Of a stretch of DNA of 64,000 nucleotides, positions 60,499 to 64,000 are shown piece after piece; the first letter of the stretch is position 1; the number at the start of each line of letters is the position of its first letter. This DNA comes from Pseudogymnoascus verrucosus (lineage: Eukaryota), in the NCBI GenBank assembly GCA_001662655.1, contig KV460213.1; one strand, 5' to 3'. Under the pieces are notes generated by a model. It ran no database searches and was not told where the DNA came from. It saw only the letters and a program-made list of their open reading frames with translations. Both the position numbers and the translations under genes were made by a program.

Positions 60499-62567
60499 AT
60501 GGTACCCCCGAAAGTCAATGCGAAGGCGCTACGCCAGGCTTTGAATGAGAAAACTGCCAAGTCATTTGGGATTGCAATCGGAGCTTTCATCGCTCTCTTT
60601 ATATTCAACCACTGGGCACGATACCTCTTCCATCGGTATAGTAACGGAAGTCGAAGCTCAGCTACGGCTGCTGTGATAAGGCTGTCTAGGTATGCAGTCG
60701 GTAGTCCGCTTTCTCATGTTTGCTAATAACTATTTAGGAGAACCAGATCTTTCCTTTCCAAGAGGTTCTTCAAACAGATATCGCTTGGACGTATTCTACT
60801 CTACACTTCATTCTGGGGAATCAATATCATCTTGTCATGCACGAACGTGGACTTGACCATACTCGTCAATGTAAGAAATCACTGATCCATTTTTTTAGTC
60901 GCTCACCTGCTTACCAAGTGAAGGTTGCAAAACACCAAGGCTGGTACTTACAACCTCCTACTTCTCCTTGCGAATCCATCGAATCTACGAAGTTAATCGG
61001 TTTTTATATGGTATTTTATATATTTTATACTGACTTATCAAAGGGTTGCGCTGTGCAATCTAGCCTTTGTCATTTTTCTTAGTTTGAAAAACACGCCATT
61101 AGCTATCCTCTCCGCCACTTCCTACGAGACCTTGATGCCGCTCCATAAGGCGGCGGGATATACATGCATAGTCGCATCATTGGTCCATGCCATCGTCTAT
61201 CTGGAAGCTTGGGCACAGGCTGACAGTCTTAATGACATGCTGGAGCCTACTCAGATCGCAGGAATAATGGGCGGAATTGCGTTGCTTCTCATTGGTGGCT
61301 TGGCCTTGCCATATATTCGCCGCCAACGCTATGAGTGTATGTTAAGACACTAGACTTCTAATGGGTCCTGTCCGACTAATTTATCATATAGTATTCTACG
61401 CTATACATGTCACACTCTCAGCCTTCATTTTAATAGTCGTCGCATTGCACCGGCCAAACTTCAGCCAACATGCCATCATTATCACCCTTTTTGCAGCTTC
61501 TTTGTCATTCATGGATCGCGCCATCCGCATTTTCAAATTCTCCTGCAACTTCATGGGTAACCATGCGGCGCTCACCGCGCTACCGAACGGTGCTACTCGA
61601 GTCACACTTCGCCAATCATCGAAGGCCACCCCCGGCTCGCATGCGTTCTTGTGGTTGCCTGCTATACGTCTTGCAGAGACACACCCTTTTACACTCGTTT
61701 CCTCGGACCCCGCAGAGTTTGTCGTGTTCTCTCGCGATGGATTCACGTCCGCATTGCACCGATATGCCAAAGAGTTTCCCAACAAGACTTTGAGATGCTC
61801 GCTAAACACAGGTTATGGGAAACTACCTGCCTTCAAGACCTACGATAGCATCTTGCTCATTGCTGGTGGTAGCGGTGCAAGCTTTACCTTTGCAGTAGCC
61901 TTGGACCTGTCCAGGAACCCTGGCCCCTGTCCATCTGGTAGTATAACTTTTGTCTGGGTTATTAGAGATAAAGGTAACGCTGTCAACTAAGACTATATAC
62001 AAACATCAACTGACAGTGCCCAGCTTCTATCTCATGGTTCCATGCGGAACTTCGCGAACTACTCCTCAATCCACGCATTAAAGTTATGATACATATAACT
62101 AACAATGTCGAATCCTCTACATTAGTCTCCTTATCGGGATATTCTGACAAGGATAATACTTCAACCACAGAAGAATCTAGTCAGACTTCGCTCCCCATTA
62201 TGGCACATGGTGACTTAGAAAAAGCCATTGAGCTTGAGCAAACTGCGAAGTCAGAAAAGCCTGCCGACCCAGAGAAAGCCATGGGCTATGCTGTAGGAGA
62301 GGCATCCAGCAGCACCATTGCAACCTTCCCAGGGCGCCCAAATATTCCTGCGCTGATGGAAAGTCTCGTTGACAATGAAGATTCCATGAAGAGAGTTATT
62401 GTCGGCGCTTGTGGGCCTGAGGGTTTGCTGGAGACGGTGAAGGACACCGCATCACGATGCATACGGCCTGACGGTCCATCTTTCACTTTACATACCGAGG
62501 TAGGCTGAGTGTTTTTGCCCTTTTGCTTTTCGATCCACTAATATGGGAATAGGGGTTTGGATGGTAG
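60499..62567 (+). CDS. Ferric/metalloreductase transmembrane component (FRE family)
   Basis: LKNTPL, heme His pairs (LHKAAGY...LVHAIVY; AIHVTL...ALH), FAD-binding HPFT, NADPH-binding LIAGGSGASF, FVWVIRD, ACGP, C-terminal LHTE|GFGW*. 20-nt microexon at 60924-60943. Confidence 0.92.
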
Positions 62568-63258
62568 ACGCACTTATGATCTTTTGTACATATCTTTTTA
62601 TGAGCATTGATTGATGAATAACGGAGGAACGAGGTGGGCATATAAAGGTTAGAAGGGCGGTTGAAGGTCGCAGGGACGGCAAAAAGTGGCAAGTATGGCG
62701 ATGCTGCCTTTTGTATGGGACTTTTTGCATAGGAATAGTTTTTTTTTGTTTACAATCGCGACAGCATTTGAACATTACTATTTACGACGAATATTTATAA
62801 AGACAGAAATATCATCATATCATGTGTTTGCATCTGGATGGGATTGTTGGCTTCTTCCCTCGGACATTTCATTGATTAGTTATCGAAGCCGAAGGGCCGC
62901 AGGTAACGTGACTCAACGCTAAACCCCGCCTACTCGGCCCTTGGCCTTGGCCACCACCTGAATTTAGTGCAAGGTACTAACCCTTTGTACTTTTTGTGCC
63001 TCGGCATATCCATCATTTTGTGGGGGTTCTGGAAGAAAGAGACGCAGCTGACACAGCCGAGCGGATCTTCGACAACCGATGGGATTTCTTCAATAACCAT
63101 TCTGTTTCCTGTACATTTAAGACGAGGAGTAGCGGATATCAGGACGTTCTCTCATTGACATATATTTTTTGTTTTTGCACTGCTTAGGTTCCTAGACTTT
63201 ACATCCCTACAACTAGACACAGAGACGCATCGTCCGGAGCGACGAACAGACAGACACC

Positions 63259-64000
63259 ATGCCTTTCGATACCAAGCTCACTCGTGCCCTGGGCATCAGA
63301 GGTATGCCCCCTTCACCTCTGCTCCGTCGCCTCAATCCCCTCTAACAATATCTTTCTAGTCCCCGTTGTCCAAGGTGGCATGCAATGGGTCGGCTACGCT
63401 GAGATGGCCGCCGCCGTCTCCAACGCCGGCGGTCTCGGCCTCCTCACAGCTCTCACGCAACCCACACCCGAAGACCTACGCAAAGAGATCCGCCGCTGCA
63501 GGACCATGACCAAATACCCCTTCGGCGTGAACATCACCCTCCTCCCCGCCATGGTTCCCCCGGACTACGGCGCATACGCCCAGGTCGTCATCGACGAGGG
63601 CATCAAGATCGTCGAGACCGCCGGCAACAGCCCCGGTCCCGTCATCAAGCAGCTCAAGGCCGTCGGCACCATCATCCTGCATAAGTGCACCACCATCCGC
63701 CACGCCGAGAGCGCCGTCAAGCTCGGCGTCGACTTCCTCTCCATCGATGGCTTCGAGTGCGCCGGCCACGTCGGCGAGAGCGATCTCACCAACTTCATCC
63801 TCCTGAGCCGCGCGCGCCAGACCCTGACGGTCCCGTTCATCGCCTCTGGTGGATTCGCCGACGGCTACGGCTTGGCTGCGGCGCTCAGCTTGGGCGCTGA
63901 GGGTATCAACATGGGTACCCGCTTCATGAGCACCGTCGAGGCGCCCATCCACAACAATGTCAAGGAGCAGATCTGCAAGGCGTCCGAGCACGACACCCAG
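63259..64000 (+). CDS. Nitronate monooxygenase / 2-nitropropane dioxygenase family FMN enzyme, 3' end beyond window
   Basis: MPFDTKLTRALGIR|VPVVQGGMQWVGYAEMAAAVSNAGGLG...PFGVNITLLP...SIDGFECAGHVGE...PFIASGGFADG...GINMGTRF. Intron 63302-63359. Confidence 0.93.

Noticed and set aside
63476..63991. 171-aa minus-strand ORF
   Set aside because: Antisense shadow of the GC3-rich nitronate monooxygenase gene.
1..64000. CRISPR arrays, rRNA, intact transposases or Starship captain
   Set aside because: No repeat-spacer array, rRNA-like sequence, or transposase/RT/tyrosine-recombinase ORF recognised.

Overview
Genomic DNA of a filamentous ascomycete (Pezizomycotina-type genes with short GT..AG introns and CTRAC/CTAAY branch points); the species cannot be fixed from this window alone. 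About 17 intact protein-coding genes can be reconstructed. In order: Nup98-Nup96 precursor (3'-truncated), centrin Cdc31, epsin, an 896-aa disordered protein, an APH-like phosphotransferase, a SesB-like hydrolase/NB-ARC/TPR NLR, an MFS sugar porter, a cytochrome P450, a PTH11-like membrane protein, Aha1, Cdc4, a Hop1-like HORMA-PHD protein, Stn1, mitochondrial uS7, a 96-aa dsRBD-like protein absent from the ORF track, an F-box-like/ankyrin protein, a ferric reductase, and a nitronate monooxygenase (3'-truncated). There is also one phosphotransferase pseudogene. The most unusual non-coding items are a tRNA-Arg(UCU)-like gene split by a 152-nt structured intron, a perfect palindromic double SreA-type GATA site upstream of the ferric reductase, and a possible LTR remnant. 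All calls come from manual reading and motif recognition; no searches were run.
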